Position numbers and translations under genes: made by a program. A stretch of DNA of 64,000 nt, taken from the NCBI GenBank assembly GCA_951406725.2, contig OX597814.1:107880001-107944000 (forward strand). The letters run 5' to 3'. This document shows positions 51,894-64,000 of the stretch, piece by piece. Source of the DNA: Octopus vulgaris. Taxonomy: Eukaryota. Positions within the stretch are counted from its first letter, which is position 1, and each line of letters begins with the position of its first letter. The notes under the pieces are model-generated. The model was not told the origin of the DNA and ran no database searches. It saw nothing but the letters and a program-made list of their open reading frames with translations.

Positions 51894-53170
51894 TTGGGTT
51901 GGCAACTAAGTTCCCGCCGTTTTTTTAAATTTAAATCTTTTAAAAAGTTTAATGAAAAATAACAACTAATTAATCAATAATGTATTCACCCTTGTTGTTT
52001 TGCAATTTCTTTCCAATGTTCAACAAGATTTTCAATACCTCGTTGGTAGAAATCACCCGATTTCGACTCGAAAAATTGATCCAACCAAGCTCTCAATTCT
52101 GCATCAGTATTGAACGAAACTCCGTACATAGCATTTGAAAGAGATCGAAAGAAGTGGAAATCCGTTGGTACCAAATCAGGAGAGTACGGCGGGTGTGGCA
52201 TCACTTCCCAGCCATGCGTTTTGAATGGCTTCCTTGGTCATATTGGCGATATGAGGGTGGGCGTAATTGTGCAGCAGAAGAGCTCCATGCTGCCGATTAG
52301 GTCTTTTCTCTTGAATAGCCGTGTCGAATCTTCCATCTGTTGAACATAGAGTTCCGCATTGACCGTTTGGTTCCGTTCAAGTAATTCGTAATGGATAATC
52401 CCTTCCCAGTCCCACCATACGCACAACATCGTTTTACGCGGATGAATATCTTGTTTCACGCGCGCTGTCGCTTGTTTACCGGGGCCAAGCCATTCCTTAC
52501 GCTGCTTCATATTGATGTACAGGCACCATTTTTCGTTGCCAGTAATGATTCAGTAAAGAAATCGTTGCTTGTGTCCATGAGTTGAGCGGTGACGAGCAAG
52601 CAAACCAGTGGAGACGGTGGCTCGTTGATTTTTGTTGTTATCACTTAAAGCATGCGGAACCTATGCTCCATACTTCTGAACCTTTCCCATCGAGTGAAGA
52701 TGCTTCTCTTTAGCAGTGTGGGAGCATTCCATTTTCTCTGCCAGTTCCCTTGTTGTTTGACGAGAATTTTCGTGCAAAAGTTGATTTAATCGCTCTTCAT
52801 CGAACTCAACTGGACAGTCAGAACGAGGTGCGCTTTTGAGGTCAAAATTTTCATTTTCGAACTTGGTATACCAATCACGAGCGGTTCTTTCAGCTATGGC
52901 ACCCTCTCCATACACAGCACAAATGTCGCAAGCAGCTTTTGCGGCCTTAGAAGCTTGATTAAAAGCAAAAAGGAGGTGTCGAAAATGCTCGTTTTTCTTA
53001 ACTTGACATTCCATTTTAATGATCTGAAAATAAACAAAAATTAAGTAAAATTAACAAGAAAAAAAAAAAGATTCTAAAACGATTCAAAAATAGAATTCTT
53101 GAAAAAAAGATTCCAAAATTTAAAAACTCAATAAATTTTTTAAAAAACGGCGGGAACTTAGTTGCCAACC

Positions 53171-53173
<3 letters not shown>
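51894..53173 (-). mobile_element. full-length mariner (mellifera-subfamily-like) with decayed transposase (51986-53014)
   Basis: ~33-bp TIRs ttgggttggcaactaagttcccgccgttttt, TA on both sides; EHFRHLL, *VPHAL, MLCVWWDWEGIIHYELL, HPPYSPDLVPTDFHFFRSL; stop codon and frameshifts. Confidence 0.96.
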
Positions 53174-53261
<88 letters not shown>

Positions 53262-53263
<2 letters not shown>

Positions 53264-53424
53264 CGCATGAGTGGCTGTGTGGTAGCTTGCTAACCAACCA
53301 CATGGTTCCGGGTTCAGTCCCACTGCGTGGCATCTTGGGCAAGTGTCTTCTACTATAGCCCCGGGCCGACCAATGCCTTGTGTGTGGATTTGGTAGACGG
53401 AAACTGAAAGACGCCTGTCGTATG

Positions 53425-53455
<31 letters not shown>

Positions 53456-53658
53456 ATGTGTTTGTGTTTGTCCCCCTAGCATTGCTTGACAACCGATGCT
53501 AGTGTGTTTACGTCCCCGTCACTTAGCGGTTCGGCAAAAGAGACCGATAGAATAAGTAGTGGGCTTACAAAGAATAAATCCCGGGGTCGATTTGCTCGAC
53601 TAAAGGCGGTGCTCCAGCATGGCCGCAGTCAAATGACTGAAACAAGTAAAAGAGTAAA

Positions 53659-53660
<2 letters not shown>
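53262..53660 (+). mobile_element. SINE family A, full length
   Basis: near-consensus copy between TA tracts. Confidence 0.92.
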
Positions 53661-53694
<34 letters not shown>

Positions 53695-55341
53695 CTTGCG
53701 TCGTTGATTGACAGTATTGCAGAGACTTTATTCCTTACGTCCGCTTTGTTCACTTAACTTGTTCGCGAAGAACACCTTTCGAGGCTGATAAGTCCTATGT
53801 ACACTCGAAATGGTTTTTAATCAATAAAAGCTAATGAAGATACCGCATTCAACATGCCAAGACAGTTACATAAGTGCACGACAGTAGTAGACTCGTCTGC
53901 CTGTTGTACTGCAGGTATTGGAAGTTCTTAAAAATCTTTAGAGCGCTTAAATGTTTTTTGTAGCTCCACATGTATGTAATTCAAATTATAACGAATAATA
54001 AACCATAAAATAAATTTTATATTTTTCAAAATAAACCAAAACTAACATTAAGATGGAAAATAACGCTTATTTTTGTAATACTTCCATTTTATTTATATTT
54101 GAAAAGTTTTCTCTGACTTTTTTGAAGTGCGAAAGTTTTGATCAGATTCTCCAAATTGATCTTACTTAACGCATCTTGTTCCATAAATAATAGAGATAAG
54201 GCATCCTGAATGTTATTTTAGCAAGTTTAAAGCGATTTGTTTTGTGCCGGACACCATTTACTATTTCTGTGGTGCTCCACTTCTCTTGATGCCCTAAACA
54301 CATGCTTATTTTGTTCAATGAATTACCCAGCGTTGTTTGGTCCAATGAAGCAGACCAATAACCAAAGATATTCCACCGTTGACCAACCCGTCTATTTCGA
54401 TTTCGAATATGTTTATCTTTTAAAGATGGTAGAGTCTGGTTTAAAGCAGGGTCGTCTTTGTACCATTACAGGCCCCGACCCCTGGCCAAATCAATACTCC
54501 CCCCCCCCCAGTACTATGTATTGACGCAAGCCACAGCATTTTTAGATTAGAATTGGGCACTTAGATCCGTGAGACTCTCGTGCAGTGTGTTCATGCCCGA
54601 AAACAGTTCTAGTTCAAGGCAGATTTGGCGCCTATTTCTTGCACGTCTGATTTAAGGGAGATTTGGCACATATTTCATGCATGCCGAACGAATGCTTGCA
54701 TTCGAATGGACTCTTCTAAAACTACCCATGATTCCATGCGGTGCTGGTATTAAACTACGCGACGGATTATGGCGATTTTCCCGCTAAAATTTGAGATGCT
54801 TTAAAAAAGTGATTTCCTTATGCTATCGAGTCTTTTTACTTGGAGACATTTCCAGAAACTTCTCAGGTAAGAAAAAATTGTATTTAATTCTAAAACAAAG
54901 CTAGTTTAATATTAATCCCCTTTCGTGTACGCTCAAACTGAATGAACATACAATGTTAGAGTTGGAAATAATCTTGAAAACATTTTTAATAATCTTTTTT
55001 AGTGAATTGGTAGTCACCAATGTTCTGGTTTTAATTGTAATACTTTCTGTGTTGTAACGGAGCTGGTTGTTGCGTGTTCGAATGTAGCAATGTCCCAATA
55101 TAACGTGGAAGTAAGTGTATACAGAAATAAATGTCAGAAGGCACGTTTTGTTTTTAAAGCATAGTAATTTATTTGGGATTGTTGACAAGTGCGGAGTAAA
55201 GTGAGCGTAGAATATGTAGGAGTCAGAGGGAAGCCATGAAAACTTACAATTGCAGAATTAGGTTAGAAGTTTGCAGTGCTAAGGATGTAAGTAAAGGGTA
55301 CAGGCAGTAACCGGCGGATACGATGGCCGCTGTGAATTGTC

Positions 55342-55758
55342 TATTTCTTTACTACCCACAAGGGGCCGAACACAGAGAGGACAAACAAGGACAGACAAAC
55401 GGATTAAGTCGATTACATCGACTCCAGTGCGTAACTGGTACTTAATTTATCGACCCCGAAAGGATGAAAGACAAAGTCGACCTCGGCGGAATTTGAACTC
55501 AGAACGTAGCGGCAGACGAAATACCTATTTCTTTACTACCCACAAGGGGCTAAACACAGTGAGGACAATAAAGGACAGACAAACGGATTAGGTCGATTAC
55601 ATCGATCCCAGAGCATAACTCGTACTTATTTAATCGACCCCGAAGGAATGAAAGGCAAAGTCGACCTCGGCGGAATTTGAACTCAGAACGTAACGGCAGA
55701 CGAAATACGGCTACGTATTTCGCCCGGCATGCTAACGTTTCTGCCAGCTCGCCGCCTT
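55342..55758 (-). mobile_element. SINE-D head-to-tail dimer (tail type 2) within one TSD
   Basis: TSD gccgctgtgaa(t/a)tgtc at 55326-55341 and 55759-55774; ~185-bp unit duplicated. Confidence 0.92.
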
Positions 55759-56230
55759 GCCGCTGTGAAATGTCAAGATCTGTCCGCTGACGAGTTGTGC
55801 ATCTATGCGCCAGGCGATACGATTGGCTGCACACTGGCTACAATGCAAAGATGAAAGTCCATTACACTTTCAATTTGGAATTTTTTTCTGAATTTTTTTT
55901 TTCAATTAAATTTACGTGTTAAACGTCTGACATTATTTTTTAAAAAATGCATAATATTTTAAAACATAAATCTGAAAAACAGGTCGAAACTTAAGAATTA
56001 CAGGAAGGAGATAAATTCCTGCGAATTTTTAAAATTCAGAATCGTAATTTACGATGCTTTAAGACCTGTAAATTCGAAGAAATTACAGTTTTTAATTCGC
56101 CGGATATTTTCTTCTCTATGGGACTGTCCAATGAAGATTTAACGTCTTCCAACGTAATGTTTGTAGAACTGTTTTTTTTTCTCTATTTAATCTCTGTTCA
56201 TAATCAAATGAAAAATTATCCCTGTACTTA

Positions 56231-57164
56231 TAGGGGTAGGGCAAAATGAGGTGTTTCTACTGCATTTTTAACTTTTGAGACAAAATGTAATTTTTACAAA
56301 TGTTAACTCCTTTCCAAAAACTATATCAGCTATGCAAATGGCCTTCTCTGAATGCATTAAAAGCATTATCTGATCACTGTTTTAGAAAATAACTGCCGTT
56401 CTCTTTGAGAATGTAAATAACAAATTTGGCTGGGGCAAAATGAGTAAGTCAAGATAAGGTATATTTGCCGCTTCACTTCTCCAGAGACTCGTACACATTA
56501 ATATCCATCCTTAGACATCAGAAAGATTAGAAGTGCTAAAAAAAAATAAAAAATCTAGGTTTAATGGAAGAGGATGAGGGGGGGAAAATGGCACATGATA
56601 TAAAATCAGCGAAACTCCACTAAATGAAAACAAAAACAAAAAAAAAAACTCAACATAAAATATTTTTCGGTAGCTTCTTCACGATCTGCTGGAGTGTTTT
56701 CTTCGTGATATATTTACTTACCATGCGTTAAAGAGAAGAAATTATTGAAATTAATCATTAATTATTTTATTCCATTTTAGACACCATTTTTTGAAGCTTG
56801 AAAATAATCAATTAGACATAAGTGTGGGGGAAAAAACTAACTTGGAATCCAACAGAGAAAAAAAATTGATTGTTAAACACCAAAAATTATCCGGATATTT
56901 TATTAGTTATCTCAATTACAATCGGGTGAAAAAGCTGAGGGAAGATTTCTTGAAGAAAGAGGACCTCATTATATTTTGGACTCCCTCAGCTTCAACAACA
57001 ACAACAACGATGCCGACCAATTTTTACTCCTAAATATAATATAACGATGCAAAATGATGACGCAATACATGCACTGTAATAATTTCAAACAGGTAAGGAG
57101 AAAATAACGAGAAATCAGAAATTATTTTTTTGACCCCAGTTACTAATTTTGCCCCAACCCACTA
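56231..57164. mobile_element. probable pogo/Tigger-like non-autonomous element
   Basis: imperfect TIRs taggggtagggcaaaatgag / tactaattttgccccaacccacta; internal repeat tggggcaaaatgagta at 56431. Confidence 0.5.
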
Positions 57165-57500
57165 TCTCAGGCTGGAGTTGAACTCGTGAATATATTCTTA
57201 TAAACCTCCTGTATATATTTTCTCCATTTCACTTATTTTGTTTTCCTTTCGCTACGTAACTTTGTGTCAAAGAGCTTTCGTGACCCAATAACGAAGACCA
57301 AAGGTTAAAAAAAATCTAAGTTTCTGTAAACAATTCTCTGTAAACCTTTAATGTAACACCTCCAACGTGACGGTGTTACGCTAAAAAAAATACATCAACT
57401 CCTCTGAGGTTTGCATGAAGACGTCTAAAAAATTGGAGAAGTTACTGTTACTAGTCTACGAAGTCCTGCAAAGGTCTTGAGCATCGGTAACCCTCCCTTG

Positions 57501-57927
57501 GGATCTTTTCTTTTTGAACGGCAGTTTTCAACACAACTTCTAGTTAACTAAACACTTTAAACTTCGTATACTGGTAGAATGTGTCAAAATAAAACATTTT
57601 TTTCTCTTAGCTTTCTTGAGAAAATTGTAATTTGTAAGTTTAACGTAGTTTAATTTTTCGAATTTTAACCAATCGATGGCCTCTATTTAGCTAAAATCAT
57701 TTGCTGCGTCTAAAACTGAGACAACATACTGTCACTGACCCTAACCCTAAATTTTAGCCTTTCGTTTTTTTTTTTCTTAATTGTTAAATTAATTTAAAAT
57801 TACAATTTTCTCAAGAAAGCCTAAAGAAAAAAATGTTTTATTTTGACACTTCTACCAGTATACGAAGTTTAAGTGTTTAGTTAACTAGAAATTGTGTTGA
57901 AAACTGCCGTTCAAAAGGAAAAGATCT
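57501..57927. mobile_element. palindromic Merlin-like MITE, relative of 7815-8153
   Basis: ~135-bp TIRs ggatcttttc...aaacttcgtatactggtagaatgtgtca; internal ccctaaccctaa; no TSD seen. Confidence 0.85.
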
Positions 57928-59004
57928 GAAACATTCTCTGTGAGATTAAATGTTTAATGAAAGCTGTTAAAATTTTACCAGGAAATATTTCGTTTAGTCT
58001 AAGGAATTCCTTAAAACTTTTCTTTCTACTTTAAATGCTTTATCAGTGATTGTTTGATCATTTCTCATTTGAAACCTGGAAAATTTATAAAACTGTGAAA
58101 TGTGAATATTTGTTCTTCGTGCTACACGTGGACAATATTTTCGTGACTGCGAAACGGGTGGAAGTGACAAAGTGAGATTGTTTTAAGATGAAGACCAAAA
58201 CAACAGACGATCAAAAATGAAGCGGTGGGGGAGACGGAGAATCGTAGGTTTTGAGTATAGATGAACAAAAAGCGATATTCTTACAAAATTAAAGTTAAAA
58301 TTTTGAAGATTTTATGATGTTGAGCTTAATCCAAAAAGTTTAGATTTTGGCTACATATATTGATATACTTGCGTTAGAATCAATATGAGTTTGTGGGTCG
58401 TGTAGCTGTTTATTACAGTACACGCTCTAGTATTTACCACAATATGAATATAGACACAAAGAAAAATTCAATCTTTTATACGTTTGCTTGATGTAAATGT
58501 CTGTTTGTCTGTCCATTCATCCGTCTATCTGTCTATCCATTTTATTTACATCCACGTACAGCTTAAATCCATTAAAGTTTTCATAAAACTACTTAATCTA
58601 AAACTAATTTATTACGACTTTATTGAACGAAGCGTCTTTATATCAACTTTTAACACCATTGTAGTTAATTCGCCATAAATATCATTTTTGCTATTCTTTC
58701 TCAAACAATGGAACTAATGGCCGAGGTAGAAAATAACCTTTTCTGCTAAGAATAGACTGCTAAGCACTAACTTTCCCAATATTGAGCGATCTTTTAAAAA
58801 AGTCTAGCAACATTTTGGTCAAAGTTGATGTCAAATACATTGAATTAATGTTAATTCACTTCCATAATTTAAACATTCAAGTATCGATTCATCCTCAATA
58901 TATTCTGGCAGATTTGGTCATGAATATGGTCGTTGGTGCTTTTCGTCATCGGAGAACATTCACCCCTTTTAGATTACGTGTGTACGTAACACACTGCTCA
59001 TTGT

Positions 59005-59290
59005 TGTAAGGGGATTTTGAAACACCGATGTTTCGTCCTTAGTATATCTTCTCAGTCAAAGCTACCCCACCAGACTGATGAAGCTAACAAGAGTTCAAGC
59101 TTTTCTTCATAGAAATCACCAAATGGATTTCTGCGAGTACTTTTTCAATAATCTGCTTGTCAGAAATTGTTTGCTGTTTTTAGGAATAAGAACCTGTACA
59201 ATTATTGAATTCACAGGTCCAGTAGGGTAACTTTGACTGAGGAGACACATTAAAGTCGAAACACCACGGTATCTCGGTCCCCTTATGTTA
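59005..59290. repeat. inverted pair of hammerhead-like cassettes (59016-59060 minus, 59233-59277 plus)
   Basis: UUUGA-CUGAGAA..GAAACA-UCGG-UGUU|UCAAA and UUGA-CUGAGGA-GAC..GUC-GAAAC..AUC|UCGG. Confidence 0.6.
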
Positions 59291-59587
59291 ATAAATCCTG
59301 TTACGAACACATGTTGTCCAAAGGGGAAGATATTCTCCAATGACGAAACCCAACAGTGATTAGTATATTCACGTTCGAATCTGACAGACTGAATGGATAG
59401 GTTAATGTTTGGATTCTTGCTGTTTCTCTGTACACCTCGTAAATTTTCTTTTTTTTTTGTTTTTCATTTTCATCTAGTTTCAGCTTACGAGCCGTGGCCA
59501 TGCTGGGGCACCGTCATTCAAATTGTCCATAATTCAAAGAATTATAAAGAAATATTTTCAATTCGAAATTGGCTATCCACTTCCCCT

Positions 59588-59952
59588 TATCTTTTACTTG
59601 TTTCAGTCAAACTGTGGCCAAGCTGCAGCACTTCCTTGACGAATCTTAGTCAAATGAATCGACCCCTGTACTTATTCTTTTAAAGCCAGGTACTTATTCT
59701 ATCGGTCTGTTTTGCCGAACCACTAAGTTACAGAGATGTAAACACACCAACACCTGTTATCCATCGGTAGTGAAGGACGTGTGTGTGTGTATGTGTGCGT
59801 GACAACGAACTGCTTTCAGTTTCCTTCAAGTAAATCCACTCACAAGGCTTTGGTCGGTACGAGGCTATAGCAGAAGCTACTTGCCCAAGGTAGTATGCAG
59901 TGGGGTTGAACCCGGAACTATGTGGTTGGGAAGCAAACTTCTTACCATACAG
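59588..59952 (-). mobile_element. SINE family A
   Basis: reverse complement of the consensus, diverged. Confidence 0.85.
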
Positions 59953-61189
59953 ACACGTATTAATTTGCTTTCCGCAGTTGCTTTCCCTCTTTTCTCACCT
60001 TCACCAGAGAATTCTCCATTAAATTCTGGTCATCTGCTACATCACTACACAAATCTATTTTCGCAATTTATTTTGTAACGTTATTTTGGTTTCACCTTCT
60101 GGCAGATATTTGTTTAATTAGTTTCTTTCATTGGACTTTGGCCATGCTGGCGCACCACCTTCTATGTAATCTTTTTGTCAAGCATATCAACGACAGTAAC
60201 CATTATGGTACTCACTTTTTTCGATCTCTGTTTATTGGCTGTTGTCTTTTTTTTATTTAAAATCTATACACTAGAATAGACAGGCACAATATATAAAATA
60301 TGTCTGTGATGGGCTTCTGCACAGTTTCTGCCAACCAAATTTCACTGACAGAATATTTATTAGCGAAATCGAGGCTATCGTGGACACTTTGCTAAAAGTA
60401 CCATGCAGCGGAATCGAACACTGAACCAGGTCGCGGCTAACATTTGAACTTCTTTTTGTTGATTCACATTCAAATCTCGTCTGAGAGATTTTGTACTGAT
60501 GTTTGTTTGATTTCTAAGTGTTTCCTGTACAAATATATCTAAGAAAATTATGAAATATTAAAGAGGAAATTAAAGAATACCAAAAACTGTGTGTATGTGT
60601 TATGGATGTGTCAGTATTACTATATTCCAGTCTTCATAATCTAACTTTGAGAAGGATTACTGTAGGTTAATGAGTCTAAAAGCAGATAAATATGTGAATT
60701 CTTCTTCACACACACACACGCGCTGATATAAATGTTGGTTGATTTCAGTCACACCTTACATTATAGAGATACGGAGAGAGTCAGTGATACAAAAAAAATG
60801 AAATAAGAGATGTGAAATGAGTGCACATGCTAGGCTTAGTGGTAGGCAATGAGTGAAGGAACACTACACATATACATATGCACACAGAGAGAATCATAGG
60901 CAGGAAAGGAAGAGAATAATTGAAGTAGTTATGCGAGGAACTTTCAATTTTGCGTTAATATTTTTCTCTTAAAGAATTAGCATTTATTTCATTATTTTGT
61001 AATAAGCACAAGAAATTTGATAAAAATTAAATTGTAATTATTGTATGTATGCCATATTTCCTGATATTACCCATGGTATATACGTACACAGTTATGCCTC
61101 ACCATATCGCGGTTCACCTTTCGCAGCTTATCATTTAAGCTTACATTGATTCCTCTGTGGTGTTTTGCATTTATGATATAATTTTTTAA

Positions 61190-61412
61190 ATGTCCCTTCT
61201 CGAACCATGCCAGGCTCATAAGGGCTGGTTTCCCGGTTTCAGTGGCGTAGAAATTCCTCACATGGACGGGACGCCGGATTACTCATTTTTGCTAGTTGAG
61301 TGGACTGGAGCAATGTGAAATGACGCGTTTTGCTCAAGAACACAACACATCGCCCGGTCCAGGAATCAAAACCACAACCTTATGATCATGAGTTCAACAC
61401 CCTAACCACTAC
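61190..61412 (-). mobile_element. SINE related to 34420
   Basis: gccaggctcat..gggc.gg..tcccggtttc...ttactcatttttgc.agttgagtggactggagcaa. Confidence 0.8.
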
Positions 61413-61769
61413 GTGCTTCCATTATAATAAAATAAGTATATACAAATTATAAAAATAATAATAAAAAGATATACAGTACTGTTTCTACTTCGCGGGGGGG
61501 TGGGAGTGGAACGTAACACCCACAATAGTCGAGGGGTTACTGTACTTTCAAAATTACCCATCGTATGATGGATAACAGATGCACAAGCACGCAAAAAGTT
61601 GCTTGTGTTTCAATTCTGAGTGTCACCTTTGATCTACCAATTGTCCAAAAGACCGTCGTTGACACACTCCGCAAAGACGAGGGACTGAAGATTTTTGCTG
61701 AGAAACTAGTTGCTGCCGGAGCTGTGGATTGAAGTGGCTTTCTGGATTGTCGTCAGGACGAACAAGGTG

Positions 61770-61895
61770 GAGAGATAGAGATAGATAGACATAGAGAGAG
61801 AGAGAGAGATAGATAGACATAGAGAGAGAGAGAGAGATAGATAGACATAGAGAGAGAGAGAGAGATAGATAGACATAGAGAGAGAGAGAGAGAGA
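61770..61895. repeat. compound minisatellite, ~26-bp unit (gatagatagacata(ga)n) x4
   Basis: direct reading. Confidence 0.92.
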
Positions 61896-62419
61896 TGATA
61901 GCGATGTTATTACTCAGTTTCGTTATGTTCAATCATTCAAGGGACAAAAATGCTATGATATGGTGAGAAACTCTGAGTAACAAGCAAATCATCAACTTGG
62001 AACGAATAAATCTTGACTTCAACGGTTACTTTTTCTCCTGGTGTGGATATGTATGCGTGTATATGTAAGATTCTTATTAGTAATCTCTCTAAACTGTGCG
62101 CACACGTTTTTTCACAAGTGCACAAGACATCAATATACGCGCAGATGGTTAATGACCGAAGACAATTATTCATTCACTACATGTAGACATTTGTTACAGG
62201 AAGCAAAAAACAATAGAAGTTAACGATTTCTGTGCATCTTATTGTTAACTCGTAAATTAACAGGAGGTGTGTGCGTGTGTAAAATTGTGGGTGTTTACAA
62301 TTGCAAACATATAGAATATTCAGTTGCGTCTAACACTCCCATTCGATGATTGTTCCATGTATCATTGTGTACCAAATGTGTGCATTTGTTGTCCTTGTGG
62401 CAAATAAATTCCTTATAAT

Positions 62420-62638
62420 TGCTTCAAATTTCGGCACAAGGCCAGCGAATTTGAGAAGGGAGAGAGTCAGTCGATTACATCGACTCTAGAGCTTGACCGA
62501 TATTTTATTTTATCGATCCTGAATGGGATGAAAGGCAAATTTGACCTCAGTGGAATTCGAACTCAGAACATAGAGCAGGAAGAAATGTTGCTAAGCATTT
62601 TGTCTGATGCGCTCATGATTCTACCAGCTCATCACCTT
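62420..62638 (-). mobile_element. older SINE-D, head-to-head with the next copy
   Basis: gatgaaaggcaaatttgacctc.gtggaatt.gaactcagaac...ccagctcatcacctt. Confidence 0.8.
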
Positions 62639-62669
62639 AATAATCTATACCATGGTAAACTGTGCAAAT

Positions 62670-62902
62670 AAGGCGTCGAATTGGCAGAAAGGTTAGCACG
62701 TCAGGCGAAATGCTTAGTGGTATTTCATCTGCCGCTATGTCCTGAGTTCAAATTCCGCCGAGGTCAACTTTGCCTTTCATCCTTTCGGGGTCGATAAATT
62801 AAGTACCAGTTGCACACTGGGGTCGATATAATTGACTTAATCCGTTTGTCTGTCCTTGTTTGTCCCGTCTGTGTTTAGCCCTTTGTGGGTAGTAAAGAAA
62901 TA
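62670..62902 (+). mobile_element. SINE family D, full length (tail type 2)
   Basis: TSD ggtaaactgtgcaaataa at 62654-62671 and 62903-62920. Confidence 0.93.
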
Positions 62903-63486
62903 GGTAAACTGTGCAAATAATGATTACAAAATGAATGAATTTTTTTCTTCTGGGACTCCACTTCACCTTTTCCTTTATTAAATCTCTCTCCACATTGAAA
63001 ACTCTGTACAATGATATCAAAACAGTCGACAAAAACAGATGCTGCGTTAGAGAACAGCTGCTGCAGTGTTGCATTGAGAAGTCTGCACTTCTTAACAAAG
63101 GGGCGATAAGTCGTAATCACTTTGCAGATAGAAAAGTCTGCCAGACTACTACAACATATGCATTGCTTCTAAGATATCTTCAGGCAGAAATTATCAGGAA
63201 TAAAAAATTTTTTAAAAATGATTTTTTTGCAATTACCGTTACAAACAAATTTAGGGCGTTTAAATAATTAAATTTGTTTCTGCTTGTAACGACACCAAGT
63301 CTGAGATTTTAATCAAATTTTCAGAGCTAAATTAAAACCAACCACTGATTATTGTGTTGTCTTTGCTGTTTGTTTAAATGTCTAAATCAGAGGAGTTGTT
63401 ATAAGTTATAATTCTGCAAGCTATTCTGGAGTTTGTGGTATATTTTCATAATATACATTAATAATATATATTCTTTCATTCAAGTA

Positions 63487-63694
63487 TATGAGGCGGTGTT
63501 GAAAAGTTCCTGGCTTTGGGTAAAAGAAAATACAGGAGGATCAGTTAATTACGGATTTAACATATTTCCCTCTCAGACTCACACACTTATTGCAGCAGGC
63601 CTTCAGTTTTTCTAAGTCCTGTAAAAGAACTCAGAAGGTTTGGCCTCCAACCAGGCCTTTTGTGATATCAGGAACTTCTGAGCACCCTCTTGTA
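63487..63694. mobile_element. mariner-derived MITE
   Basis: imperfect TIRs tatgaggcggtgttgaaaagttcctg / caggaacttctgagcaccctcttgta with TA ends. Confidence 0.6.
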
Positions 63695-64000
63695 TATGTT
63701 TAAAATCTTGTACCTACATTTTCCAACCTTTTATTTCCTGATAGTTCCAGACTAGAATAGAACTAACAACCTTTACTTTTAAACTAAAGACAGAAATATC
63801 CATATTTAGGGAACTACATACTTGTTTTATAAAAGGGATTTGACCAAATGGCTCACTCTCTTAGAGGCGGTATCATAGCCAAGGAAGATTATCCCAAGTG
63901 TGGTTATAGCTAATTGAAAACTATTTTGCTTTATCGGGTTCTGAAATAAAAACCTTTTCCAGTGGCGGCTCGAGTATAGAAACTGCATCACCCCCTATTT

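Noticed and set aside
56781-57092. AG...GTAAGG-bounded block containing an 80-aa ORF
   Set aside because: Lies inside a probable pogo-like element and the peptide is unrecognisable; not called as a host exon.
61682-61715. ctgaaga...gaaactagtt with a palindromic stem III
   Set aside because: Stems I and II do not pair; probably chance or heavily decayed.

Overview
AT-rich, microsatellite-saturated animal genomic DNA with no recognisable host protein-coding exon; it reads as a large intron or intergenic region. The repeat make-up suggests a coleoid cephalopod, probably Octopus (inference, not verified). Nearly all ORF-track entries are microsatellite or SINE artefacts. The real coding remnants are all transposon-derived: an RTE LINE 3' end, an RLE-type non-LTR 3' end, a CR1/L2-like LINE 3' end, a Penelope RT/GIY-YIG fragment, a full-length decayed mellifera-type mariner, a DD41D transposase and two Tc1 relics. 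At least four SINE groups (my labels A-D), hAT, Merlin-like, pogo-like and mariner MITEs, and Helitron/Helentron derivatives fill the rest. The most notable signals are: (i) about a dozen minimal type-I hammerhead-ribozyme motifs in Penelope-type cassettes, four with a recurrent non-canonical CCGANGA core; (ii) a Penelope 3' region carrying a tRNA-like Pol III promoter upstream of its ribozyme repeat; (iii) a ~147-bp inverted repeat, unmatched to the window's SINEs, bracketing a candidate exon; (iv) a LINE-SINE pair sharing a 3' tail; and (v) a TSD-flanked MITE carrying TTAGGG repeats. All coordinates were read by eye; repeat boundaries without TSDs are approximate.
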